This document shows positions 24,295 to 36,734 of a stretch of 64,000 nucleotides of DNA, piece by piece. Each line of letters starts with the position of its first letter. The stretch's first letter is position 1. The stretch comes from Squalus acanthias (taxonomy: Eukaryota): NCBI GenBank assembly GCA_030390025.1, contig CM059452.1, forward strand, positions 8,928,001 through 8,992,000, in the 5' to 3' direction. The notes under the pieces are model-generated. The model made no database searches, was not told where the DNA came from, and was given only the letters and a program-made list of their open reading frames with translations. Made by a program: the position numbers and the translations under genes.

Positions 24295-26432
24295 GTATCC
24301 CCACTCCCCCACCAGAGAGAGGGGAAAGGGCAATTGTTAACCCACTGTACCTCCCACACCCCACCAGGGAGAGGGCAAAGGGCAATTGTTAACCCATTGT
24401 ACCCTCTACTCTCCCACCAGAGAGAGGTGAAAGGGCAATTGTTAACCCAGTGTACCCCCTACTCTCCCACCAGAGAGAGGTGAAAGGGCAATTGTTAACC
24501 CACTGTACCTCCCACACCCCACCAGAGAGAGGGGAAAGGGCAATTGTTAACCCACTGTACCTCCCACACCCCACCAGAGAGAGGGAAAAGGGCAATTGTT
24601 AATCCACTGTATCTCCACTCCCCCACCAGAGAGAGGGGAAAGGGCAATTGTTAACCCATTGTACCCCCTACTCTCCCAACAGAGAGAGGTGAAAGGGCAA
24701 TTGTTAACCAACTGTACCACCCACTCCCCCACCAGAGAGAGGGGAAAGGGCAATTGTTAACCCATTGTACCCCCTACTCACCCACCAGAGAGAGGGAAAA
24801 GGGTAATTGTTAACCCACTGTACCTCTCCAGTCCCTCACCAGAGAGAGGGGAAAGGGCAATTGTTAACCCTCTGTACCCCCACTGCCCCACCAGAGAGAG
24901 GGGAAAGGGCTATTGTTAACCCACTGTACCCCCACTGCCCCACCAGAGAGAGGGGAAAGGGCAATTGTTAACCCACTGTACCTCCCACTCCCCCACCAGA
25001 GAGAGGGGAAAGGGCAATTGTTAACCCACTGTACTCCCACTCCTCCACCAGAGAGAGGGGAAATGGCAATTGTTAACCCACTGTACCTCCCACTGCCCTA
25101 CCAGAGAGATGGGAAAGGGCAATTGTTAACCCGCTGTACCCCCACTCCCACACCAGATAGGGGGGAAAGTGCAATTGTTAACCCACTGTACCTCCCAATC
25201 CCCCACCAGAGAGAGGGGAAAGGGCAATTCTTAACCCACTGTACCTCCCACTCCCCCACCAGAGAGAGGTGAAAGGGCAATTGTTAACCCACTGTACCTC
25301 CCACTCCCCCACCAGAGAGAGGGGAAAGGGCAATTGTTAACCCGCTGTACCCCCACTCCCCCACCAGAGAGAGGGTAAAGGGTAATTGTTAACCCGCTGT
25401 ACCTCTCACTCCCCCACCAGAGAGAGGGGAAAGGGCAATTGTTAACCCACTGTACCCCCCACTCCCCCACCAGAGAGAGGGGAAAGGGCAATTGTTAACC
25501 CGCTGTACCTCTCACTCCCCCACCAGAGAGAGGGGAAAGGGCAATTGTTAACCCACTGTAACCCCCACTCCCCCACCAGAGAGAGGGGAAAGGGCAATTG
25601 TTAACCCACTGTACCTCCCACTCCCCCACCAGAGAAAGGGGAAAGGACAATTGTTAACCCACTGTACTCCCACTCCCCCACCAGAGAGAGCGGAAAGTGC
25701 ATTTGTTAACCCACTGTGCCCCCACTCCTCCACCAGAGAGAGGGGAAAGGGCAATTGTTAACCCACTGTACCCCCTCTCCTCCACCAGAGAGAGGGGAAA
25801 GGGCAACTGTTAACCCACTGTACCTCCCACTCCCCCACCAGAGAGAGGGGAAAGGGCAATTGTTAACCCACTGTACCCCCACTCCCCCACCAGAGAGAGG
25901 GGAAAGGGCAATTGTTAACACACTGTACCTCCCACTCCCGCACCAGAGAGAGGGGGAAGTGCAATTGTTAACCCACTGTACCCCCACTCCCCCACCAGAG
26001 AGAGGGGAAAGGGCAACTGTTAACCCACTGTACCCCCACTACCCAACTAGAGAGAGGGGAAAGGGCAATTGTTAACCCACTGTATCTCCCACTCCCCCAC
26101 CAGAGAGAGGGGAAAGGGCAATTGTTAACCCACTGTACCCCCACTCCCCCACCAGAGAGAGGGGAAAGGGCAATTGTTATCCCACTGGAACCCCCACTCC
26201 CGCACCAGAGAGAGGGGAAAGGGCAATTGTTAACCCACTGTATCTCTCACTCTCCCAGCAGAGAGAGGGGAAAGGGCAATTGTTAACCCACTGTACCTCC
26301 CACTCCCCTACCAGAGAGAGGTGTAAGGTCAATTGTTAACCCACTGTACCTCCCTCTCCCCCAGCAGACAGAGCGGAAATGGCAATTGTTAACCCACTGT
26401 TCCTACCACTGCCCCACCATAGAGAGGGGAAA
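24295..26432 (+). repeat. 52-53-bp minisatellite, about 40 copies, between the secretory polyA and TM1
   Basis: Unit CCACCAGAGAGAGGGGAAAGGGCAATTGTTAACCCACTGTACCTCCCACTCCC; CAATT at 24331, 24383, 24436, 24489, 24541... Confidence 0.96.
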
Positions 26433-26434
26433 GA

Positions 26435-27114
26435 TCATTTTCAGATTGGAAAGCTGTAACTAGTGGGGTGCCACAGGAATCAATGCTGGCGCCTCAATTA
26501 TTTACAAACTATATTAATGACTTGGATGAAGGGACCGAGTGTACTGTTGCCAAATTTGCTGACGATACAAAGATAGGTGGGAAAGCAAGTTGTGAGGAGT
26601 ACTCAAAGAGTCTGCAAAGGTATAAAGACAGATTAAGTGAGAGTGCAAAAATTTGGCAGATGGAGTATAATGTGGGAAAATGTGAGGTTATCCACTTTGG
26701 TAGGAAGAATAAAAAAGCAAAATATTATTTAAATGGAGAGAGACTACAGAATGCTGCGGTACAGAGGGACCTGGGGGTTCTCGTACATGAAACACAATAA
26801 GTTAGCATGCAGGTACAGCAAGTAATTAGAAAGGCAAATTGAATATTGGCCTTTATTGCAAGGGGGATGGAGTATAAAAGTAGTGAATTCTTGCTACATG
26901 TGTACAGGGCGTTCGTGAGACCACACCTGGAGTACTGCGTACAGTTTTGGTCTCCTTATTTAAGGAAGGATATATTTGCATTGGAGGCAGTTCAGAGAAG
27001 GTACCCTAGGTTAATTCCTGAGTTGAAGGGGTTGTCTTATGAGGAAACGTTGAGCAGGTTGGGCCTATACTCATTGGAGTTTCGACGAATGAGAGGTTAT
27101 CGCATTGAAACATA
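26435..27114 (+). mobile_element. CR1 RT fragment
   Basis: PQ.S.L.PQLF..YINDLD...KFADDTKIGG...RPHLEYCVQFWSP. Confidence 0.9.
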
Positions 27115-27489
27115 ACATAACCCACTGTACGTCCCACACCCAACCAGAGAGGGGAGGTGAACCAATCTCTATTTTATGAACTCAGTTGCCATCAGTAAAA
27201 AGTCAGCTTCTAACTCACTGTCCGACTTGCCGCATGGGAAGCATATTGTAAAATAAATATTTATTCATCATATTATCTTTAACTAGTGTTTGGGGCAAAT
27301 CTGTCCCTGTTATTCGTAAACTAACAGTTTGAATTTTAATAGTCCAAATCTAAACTGGTGATTGAATCCTCTGCGGGTTTCCCACGGTTGTGTACCTGAT
27401 GGTTCTGAGTCCCATCGGTTGAAATGTTACATTCCATCGGCTGACGTCACATTGCGTCTCACAGAGAATACATTTACACAGAGCGGGGA

Positions 27490-28065
27490 AGAATGCGTGT
27501 AAAAGTGAGTGTGTCTGTGTTTATGTGAAAGTGTGTTTGCGATTTTGTGTGAGTGTGTGTGTTTATGTGTAAGTGCACACTTATACATAAACACACATAT
27601 AACTAACACACAAACACACACATTAACACACTGACACAGAATATTACACATAACAAAATATAAAAAACACTGTCATTTTCAGACCAAGTTATTGCTACTC
27701 TCTGAAACTTTGAACATTAGCGAAAATACACACACACCCTTATACAAAACACTCAAAAACACACGCATAATTAAACAGCTCAACACAAACACACACACAA
27801 TTACACACACAAACACACACATTTACATGCAAACACAGTTACAAATAAACACACAAAAACTTATACATAAACATACACACACACACTTACACATAAATAC
27901 ACATACATAGAATTACACATAAATACACACACTTACACAAAAAACAGGCACGCACACACTTACACGTAAATACACATGCACAGAATTACACATCAAAACA
28001 CACACACAGACTAAACCAAAACAAGAGATCGTCAGACACACAAACACAAACACTAAAGCGCACAA
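27490..28065. repeat. CA/TG-rich low-complexity tract
   Basis: Imperfect (CA)n runs. Confidence 0.85.
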
Positions 28066-28668
28066 ATAAAAGTCAGGCTATAGAGGAATGTAGAATTAAA
28101 ATGCACTTTTTTCCGGGCAAAGTCTCCAACGATTGTTCTGAATAAATAATTCCAAATACCATAACATCTCACATTTCTCTATTCTGGTCCTACTCATACA
28201 CTGAATCAATGCAGTTGTTGGAAACTGATACAAGTTAATTATGTTCAGAGTATTGCCATAACAAATAAATAAACAAGATTATAACTCACATCTGATCTCT
28301 TGCCCAGCCCCCTTGACAGTCTACAAATAAGTATCTATCTAAACCTATCGTTAAAATAATCGACATTAATCAGTAAACCTCCCTCGATAGTTCATTATTA
28401 TTCCCGAATGATAGATTGTATGAAATTGATGCAAATCAATTAGCGTGTGACATTGAAGGAAAAAATGATCATAAAGGAAGAGCGGCTGTGGAGTTAGGAA
28501 CAGAGATAGATTGCTGAGAGAGATTAACTTAACACAAGACATACATTGAAAATTCAATTAGAGAATAGGTAATAATTTAAAGGAAAAGAAAAGAGATTAT
28601 TTAAAAATAATTTGATATCTTGGATTAATAAAGGATCTGAATATATTTCCTCCTCTACATCCCCGTAG

Positions 28669-28796
28669 ATTCCTCAGACCACATCTTGATTGAAGACTTT
28701 GAGGAAGAGAGCGGCACCATCTGGACAACCGGTTCCACATTCATCATCCTGTTCTTCCTGAGCATGTCCTACAGCGCTGCCGTCACTCTAGTGAAG
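28669..28796 (+). CDS. IGHM: IgM transmembrane exon TM1
   Basis: TAG acceptor; DSSDHILIEDFEEESGTIWTTGSTFIILFFLSMSYSAAVTLVK with the CART-like TFIILFFLS..YS motif; GTGAG donor; in frame with the CH4 internal donor. Confidence 0.93.
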
Positions 28797-28936
28797 GTGA
28801 GAAGATTCAATCCACTCACACTTCAATCAGGCTGAAGCGATTCGACAAATCTCTAAAAGTTTCATTGATAAAAACCCTCAGATAAATGCCCCAAACCACT
28901 AAATCTCTGTTCCATTTTTTAATCCCTCTTTTACAG

Positions 28937-28945
28937 GTCAAGTGA
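28937..28945 (+). CDS. IGHM: IgM TM2 exon (VK*)
   Basis: Polypyrimidine tract and TTACAG acceptor, then GTC AAG TGA giving the KVK cytoplasmic tail; AATAAA near 29009 and at 29395. Confidence 0.9.
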   Translation, partial: VK

Positions 28946-29739
28946 ACGGCTGAATTTCGGACGCCGTGGATTTTCCTCACCTGTTTATTAACATCTCTGT
29001 GTCATGAAAATAAAATATATCCTCTTAGTGATTCTCAGAGTCAAATGTCTTCAGCTAATAGATCCGAATCTGTAGCTGAGAAAATCATAACCGGGATTTC
29101 CGTCTCTCTGTTTGAAATGTGTGAGATCATCGTGGCTATAATGTAAATGTATCTTAGAGCTTCACTGTTGTTTGAATATTTCTTGTGTAAATATGTACCA
29201 TTTCTCATTCCTAATGCACAATGTTTCCCTTGCCTTTATGTTGAGCCCCTGTTTTCTCTCTCTGGTGTCTGTTACAGTTGTACAGGCAGCTCAGACCGTC
29301 TGTGTTCAGGTCTCAATGTGACGCTCATTTGTTAGATTCACTTTGTGTTAACTTTTTAAAAACCTCTCTGTAAATTGTACTCTGTGAAATTGTTAATAAA
29401 TCTGGAATGACAAATGGACTGACTTGGACTTTGCTAAATTCCTTTCTCCTATGCTCTTCCATACAGCTCCATTTTCCCGATCACACTTTCTTTACTTCCT
29501 TGACAGGTATTTTTCACCCGTTCTGTCTGGGTTGTGTGTGAACCCAAGTCCATTCGGTTAAGTAGCCACTGCGCCACCCAGTGTTCCATCAGAATAAAGA
29601 CACCTTTATCTGTGCATTTTTATGTCAAGCGGAATGACTTCACAGCGACCAGGCGCACCTTGCAGTCTCCTCCAATATTATGGTCTGTAACAGTCACATA
29701 CCAGGTTCTATTAAAGAGCAGGGCTCTGCTCCATCACAG

Positions 29740-29895
29740 CCTGACAGAGTACAATACATGGCAGAGTAAATCCCCCTCTACACTGTTCCATCCAACACTT
29801 CCAGGGCAGGTACACACTTGTTAGATACAGTGTCAAGCTCCCTCTACACTGTTCCGTCAAACACTCCCAGGGCAGGTACATAGTTGTTAAATATC
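29740..29895 (-). repeat. Reverse copies of the 67-bp repeat
   Basis: CTCCCTCTACACTGTTCCGTCAAACACTCCCAGGGCAGGTAC is the reverse complement of the unit at 15.9-16.8 kb. Confidence 0.85.
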
Positions 29896-30114
29896 TGACA
29901 CAGTCACACTGGGGAGGACAAACCCTGGAAATGATTCTCAGAGTCTGGGGCCTATCCGACACACAGGCTCTCTCTCCAGCATTTCTTTTATACACACACA
30001 TAACCTATCTTCACTTTTTCTGTTCTACACACAAACTGACTCTATCCACCTCTCTCTCCGGCTTTTCTGTTATAAACACAGACGCTCCAACTTTTCTGTT
30101 AAACACAGTCTCTC

Positions 30115-33100
30115 TCACATGTGCAGGAAGTGTCTCCAGCTGCAGCTACTCGAAATCCGCGTTTCGGAGCTGGAGCTGCGGCTGGAGTCACTGTGGAGCA
30201 TCTGCGAAGCTGAGATCTTCGTGGATAGCACGTTTAACGAGGTGGTCACATCGCAGGTAAAGAGTGCACAGGCAGACAGGAAAAGGGTGACCGCCAGATA
30301 GAGCAAAAGAACTAGGAAGGTAGTGCAGGAGTCCCCTGGGCCCATCTCCCTCTCCAACAGATTTTCCGTTTTGGATACTGACGTGGGAGATGGTTTCTCA
30401 GGGGAATGCAGCAAGAGCCAAGTCCGTGGCACTACGAGTGGCTCAGCTGCACAGGAGGGGAGGAAAAAGAGTGGGAGAGCAATAGTGATAGGGGATGCTA
30501 TCGTAAGGGGAACAGATAGACGTTTCTGTGGCCGCAGACGTGACTCCAGGATGGCATGTTGCCTCCCTGGTGCCAGAGTCAAGGATGTCACTGAACGGCT
30601 GCAGGGCATTCTGAAGGGGGAGGGCGAACAGTCAGAGGTCGAGGTTCACATTGGTACCAACGATATGGGTAGAAAGAGGGATGAGGTCCTGCAACAAGAA
30701 TTTATGGAACTAGGTAGCAGATTATAAAGCAGGACCTCAAAGGTTGTATTCTCTGGATTACTCCCGGTGCCACGTGCTAGTGAGTATAGGAATAGGAGAA
30801 TAGAGCAGATGAATACGTGGCTAAAGAGTTGGTACAGGAGGGAGGGCTTGAGTTTCCTGGATCATTGGGTCTGCTTCTGGGGAAGATGGGACCTGTACAA
30901 GTCGGACGGGTTGCCCCTGAACCGGAACGGGACCAACATCCTTGCGGGGAGGTTTGCTTGTACTGTTGGGGGGTGTTAAAACTAACTTGGCAGGGGGATG
31001 GGATACGGAGTGGAGCTATAGTAGGGGGTGATGCACAGCGAAATATAGAGGAAAAAACAAGTCAGCCTGGAAGGCAGAGCAAATATGTAAAGGCACAAGG
31101 GTGTATGGCAAGGCTGGATGGCATTTATTTTAATGCAAGGAGTCTTGCGAGTAAGGCAGATGAATTGAAGGTGTTGATGAACACATGGGAGTATGATATT
31201 GTTGCTATTACAGAGACATGGCTGAGGGATAGGCAGGACTGGCAGCTCAATATTCCGGGGTATAGAATCTTCAGGCGAGACAGAGGGGGCTGTAAAAGAG
31301 GAGGGGTTGTCGCAATATTAATCAAGGTGTCAATTACTGCTGTAAGGAGGGATGATATCTTAGCAGGTTCCTCTAATGAGGCCATATGGGTAGAACTTGA
31401 AAAAAAAGGGGGCAAGCACTTTGCTGGGAGTGTACTATCGGCCCTCAAACAGTCAGGGGGAGATAGAGGAACAGATATGTAGGCAAATCTCAGAGAAGTG
31501 TAGAAATAATAGGGTAATAATAGTAGGGGATTTCAACTTCCCCAATATTAACTGGGATAGTCAGAGTGTGAAAGGCTGAGAGGGTGCGGAATTCTTAAAG
31601 TTCATCCAGGAGAGCTTTTTGAGCCAGTATGTAGAACGTCCTACAAGAGAGGGGGCGGTACTGGACCTAATTCTAGGGGATGTAGCCGGGAAAGTGGTAG
31701 AAGTGTCAGTGGGAGAGCATTTTGGTGAAAGTGACCATAATTCGGTGAGATTTAAGGTAGTCATGGAAAAGGACAAAGATGGACCAGAAATAAAGGTTCT
31801 AAATTGGGGGAAGGCCGATTTTAATACGATAAGGCAGGATCTGGACAAAGTGGACTGGGATCAACTACTTGTCGGAAAATCCACATCAGAGCAGTGGGAG
31901 TCTTTCAGAAAGGAAATAGAGAGAGTACAACGCCAGGGGGAGATCATGTCTGACCAATTTGATTGCATTTTTCGAGGGGGTGACTAATGTCTGGATGAGG
32001 GTAGTGCAGTTGATGTGGTCTACATGGACTTCAGTAAGGCTTTTGACAATGTCCCGCATGGGAGACTGGTCAAGAAGATAAGCGCCCATAGGATTCAGGG
32101 CAATTTGGCACATTGGATCCAAAATTGGCTTACTGGTAGGAGGCAGAGGGTGACGGTCGAAGATTGTTTTTGTGACTGGAAGCCTGTGTTCAGTGGTGTA
32201 CCGCAGGGATCGGTGCTGGGTCCTTTGCTGTTTGTAGTGTACATTAATGATTTAGATATGAATGTAGGAGGTTTGATCAGTAAGTTCGCAGATGAAACGA
32301 AAATTGGTGGAGTGGTAAATAGCGAGGAGGGAAGCCTCAGGCTGCAGGACGATATAGACGGGTTGGTCAGATGGGCAGAACAGTGGCAAATGGAATTTCA
32401 CACTGAAAACTGTGAGGTGATGCATTTTGGGAGGACTGACAAGGCAAGGGAATACACAATGAATGGTAGGACCCTAGGAAGGACAGAGGTTCAGCGGAAC
32501 CTTGGTGTGCATGTACATAGATACCTGAATGCAGCAGGACAGGTAGATAATGTGGTTAAAAAGTCCAATGGGATACTTGCCTTTATTAGCCGAGGCATAG
32601 AATATAAGAGCATGGAGGTTATGATGGAGCTGTACAAAACGCTAGTTAGGCCACAGCTGAAATACTGTGTGCAGTTCTGGTCGCCACACTATAGGAAGGA
32701 TCTGAGGGTGCAGAGGAGATTCACCAGGATGTTACCTGGGCTGGAGCGCTTCAGCTATGAAGAGAGACTGGACAGGCTGGGGTTGTTCTCCTTAGAGCAG
32801 AGAAGGCTGAGGCGGGACCTGATTGAGGTGTACAAAATTATGAGGGGCATAGATAGGGTAGATAGAAAGGAACTTTTCCCCTCAGTAGAGGGGTCAATAA
32901 CCAGGGGGCATAGTTTCAAGGTAAGGGGCAGGAGGTTTAGAGGGGATTTGAGGAAAACTTTTTCACCCAGAGGGTGGTTGGAATCTGGAACTCACTGCCT
33001 GAAAGGGTGGTAGAGGCAGGAACCCTCACAACATTCAAGAAGCATTTAGATGAGCACTTGAAACGCCATAGCATACAAGGCTACGGACCAAGTGCTTGAA

Positions 33101-33190
33101 AATGGGATTAGAATAGACAGGGCTTGATGGTCGGCGCAGACACGATGGGCCGAAAGGCCTCTGTCTGTGCTGTATAACTCTATGACTCTC
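30115..33190 (+). mobile_element. CR1 LINE with ORF1 (Zn-finger/coiled coil plus esterase) and ORF2 with an internal deletion near 31935
   Basis: CRKC..LELRL; VIGDAIVRG/CLPGARV/HIGTND esterase; YFNARSL/ITETWL endonuclease; RT 32015-33013; (ACTCTATG)n tail. Confidence 0.93.
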
Positions 33191-33619
33191 CCCACCTATT
33201 CTGTTATATACGCACACAGACACCCAAGACAGAGAGCAAAGAAGGAGAGGCTGTATTTGAGGGAGACGAGATAAGGGATCACGCGATGTACACAGGTATA
33301 TTTGAAGCCTTCTGCACCCGGTGGGCACCGCTGGATACAGGTTGCGTGATAGACGATCAAAATCAAATTCTGATTGAATATCATTCTAGTTTTGTTCAAG
33401 CCAAGTGGGCGAGTGGAGCCCTCCTCTCGGGGAGGGCGCTATAGAATGTATTTTTGTTTTGAATTCGCCGCTTTAATGGAGTCCCGAGTCCAAATGGTTC
33501 ACACAGGCCAATAAAAGAGTAGGCCCAGCACTGGGGTAACCACTTCCAACCCGTCTCCAATCTGAGCCACACCCATTTACTCTGACCCTCTGTCTCCTGT
33601 TACCCTGACGGCCTTTCTC

Positions 33620-33889
33620 CTTGCTCACCTCCATTCCCTCTGAGATCATCTACCTGAATTCACTGAACATCACCCCAGGGATCCTTTCTCGCAGTTCTGC
33701 TCCATTCCCTCTTACAGCATCTCCCTGAAATCACTGAACATCGCTCCAGGGATCCTTTCACCCCGCTCTCCTCCATTCCCTCTCCCTGAACTCACTGAAC
33801 ATCACCCCAGGGATCCTTTCTCCCTGCTCTCCTCCATTCCCTCTTACACCATCTCCCTGAACTCACTGAACATCACCCCAGGGATTCTT
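33620..33889 (+). repeat. About 68-bp tandem repeat, resuming at 36030-36165 after a CR1 insertion
   Basis: CCATCTCCCTGAACTCACTGAACATCACCCCAGGGATCCTTTC units on both sides of the LINE. Confidence 0.85.
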
Positions 33890-36030
33890 TCATAGAAACA
33901 TAGAAAAATAGGAGCAGGCCATTCGGCCCTTCGAGCCTGCTCCGCCATTCAATATGATCATGGCTCTCTCCCCATACCCCTTGATACATTTTGTGTCTAG
34001 AAATCTATCTATCTCCTTCTTAAATACATTCAGTGACTTGGCCTCCACTTTCTTCTGTGGTAGAGATTTCCACAGGTTCACCACCCTCTGAGTGAAGAAA
34101 TTTCTCCTCATCTCAGTCCTAAATGTCCTACCCCGTATCCTGAGACTGTGACCCTTCATTCTAGAGCCCTCAGCCAGGGGAAACATCCTCCCCGCATCCA
34201 GTCTGTCTAGCCCTGTCAGAATTTGATACGATTCAATGAGATCCCCTCTCATTCTTCTAAACTCTAGTGAATACAGGCCTAGTCGACCCAATCTCTCCTC
34301 ATACGACAGTCCTGTAATCCCAGGAATCAGTCTGGTGAACCTTCGCTGCACTCCCTCTATGGCAAGTATATCCTTTCTTAGGTAAGGAGAACAAAACTGC
34401 ACACAGTACTCCAGCTGTTGTCTCACCAAGGCCCTGTATAACTGTAGTAAGACATCCTTGCTCCTGTACGCAAATCCTCTTGCAATGAAGGCCAACATAC
34501 CATTTGCCTTCCTAACTGCTTGCTGCACCTGCATGTTTGCTTTCAGTGACTGGTGTACAAGGACACCCAGGTCCCTTTGTATATTTGTACTTTGTAGCTC
34601 AGCATTTCCCAATCTAGCACCATTTAAATATTACTCTACCTTTCTGTTTTTCCTACCTAAGTGGATAAAGTCACATTTATCCACGTTATACTGCATCTGC
34701 CATGTATTTACCCACTCACTCAACTTGTCTAAATCGCCTTGAAGCCTCTTTGCATCCTCCTCACAATCCCACCTAGTTTCGTGTCGTCAGCAAACTTGGA
34801 AATATTACATTTGGTTCCCTCATCCAAATCATTGATATATATTGTGAATAGCTGGGGCCCAAGCACTGATCCTTGCGGTACCCAACTAGTCACCGCATGC
34901 CACCCCGAAAAAGACCCATTTATTCCTACTCTCTGTTTCTTGCCTTTTAACCAATTTTTAATACATGCCAGTATATTACAAAAAATCCCATGTGCTTTAA
35001 TTTTGCACACTAACCTCTTATGTGCGACTTTATCAAAGACTTTCTGAAAATCCAAATACATCACATCCACTGGTTCTCCCTTATCTATTCTACCGGTTAC
35101 ATCCTCAAAAAACTCCAGTAGGTTTGTCAAACACGGTTTCCCTTTCATAAATCCATGTTGACTTTGTCTAATCCCTTTGATATTTTCTAAGTGTCCTGTT
35201 ATCACATCCTTTATAATAGAGTCTAGCATTTTCCCTACTACTGATGTTAGGCTAACCGGTCTGTAGTTCCCTGTTTTCTCTCTCCCTCCTTTTTGAAATA
35301 GTAGGGTTACATTTGCCACCCTCCAATCTGCAGGAACTGTTCCATAATCTATAGAATTTTGGAAGATGACAACCAATGCATCCACTATTTCCATGGCTAC
35401 CTCTTTTAGTACTCTGATATGCAGATTATCAGGCCCTGGGGATTTATCAGCTTTCATTCCCATTAATTTCACCAGCACCATTTTTTTACTAATACTAATT
35501 TCCTTTAATTCCTCCTTCTCACTAGACGCTTGGTTCCCTGTCATTTCTGGGAAGTTATTGGTGTCCTCTTCCGTGAAGACAGAACCAAAGTATTTGTTTA
35601 ATTGCTCATGCCATTTCCTTGTTCCCCATTATAAATTCTCCCGTTTATGATTGTAAGGGACCTACATTTGTCTTCACTAATCTTTTTCTTTTTACATACT
35701 TATAGAAGCTTTTACAATCCGCTTTTATGTTCCTTGCAAGTTTACTCTCATACTCTATTTTTCCCCTCTCAATCAATCTCTTGGTCCTTTTTTGCTGAAC
35801 TATCAACTTCTCCCAATCCTCAGGCTTGCTACTTTTTCTGGCAACTTTATATGACTCCTCTTTGGATCTAATACTATCCGTAATTTCTTTTGTTAGCCAT
35901 GGTTGGGCCGCTTTTCCTTTTGTGTTTTTGCGCCAGAAAGGAATGTATAACTGTTGCAATTCATGAATTCGTTCCTTAAATGTTAGCCATTGCCTATCCA
36001 CCGTCATGCCTTTTAATGAAGCTCCCCAAT
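33890..36030 (-). mobile_element. CR1 LINE, 5'-truncated
   Basis: ORFs 35645-36046, 34729-35544 ([19 protein letters not shown]) and 33890-34612. Confidence 0.93.
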
Positions 36031-36734
36031 CCCTGCTCTGCTCCATTCGTTCTTACACCATCTCCCTGAATTCACTGAACTTCACCCCAGGGATCCTTTC
36101 TCCCTGCTCTGTTCCATTCCCTCTTACACCATCTCCTTGAACTCACCGATCATTACCCCAGGGATCCGCCAGTGACCTTCAGATCTCCGCTCCCTGTTTC
36201 CCTGCAGTGTTGCTCCATGCCCTTCACCGGATCCTTGGACTCTTTCGGTGCCTCCCGGTCCCGGGAATACCTCCAGAGTTTTCTGGCCCGACTCGAGTTT
36301 TTTCCGGCAGTCTCCTGCTGATGCGGCGCTGCTTTCTCACTAAACTCCTGGATTTCAGGCGCGAGGTTCCCTGTGGTTGAATATCAGATCGGGTTGAGGG
36401 ACGATAGAATAAGGCGGCCCTTCTGAAGGGCTGGGAAGGAAGATTGCAAATGCATGGAGTTGCTGTTTAAACTATGTCTCTGTTTCAATCTCTCCCTATC
36501 CCCTCTAAGCGACTTTTAATTTCCCCGAGCACCTCAATACATTAAGTATTCGATTTTGAAGGAATACACGGGATGAAATAACACTCACAGACAGAATATG
36601 GGAACCAGATCGTGTCCTATTACCGGAACTGCCAGCCGGATGTTCCTGGCGCTGTCAGCAACCTCTTTCTCGGAGCTGATTTGAACATTGGTCCATGACT
36701 TTAAGGGAAAACAGTTGAGGAAAAAGGAAGACAT

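Noticed and set aside
24295-26432. CRISPR-like array (also 15.9, 53.1 and 57.6 kb repeats)
   Set aside because: Head-to-tail repeats without unique spacers, no cas genes, vertebrate context.
28429-28436. Perfect octamer ATGCAAAT upstream of TM1
   Set aside because: A single 8-mer in AT-rich sequence is expected by chance and has no supporting motif cluster.
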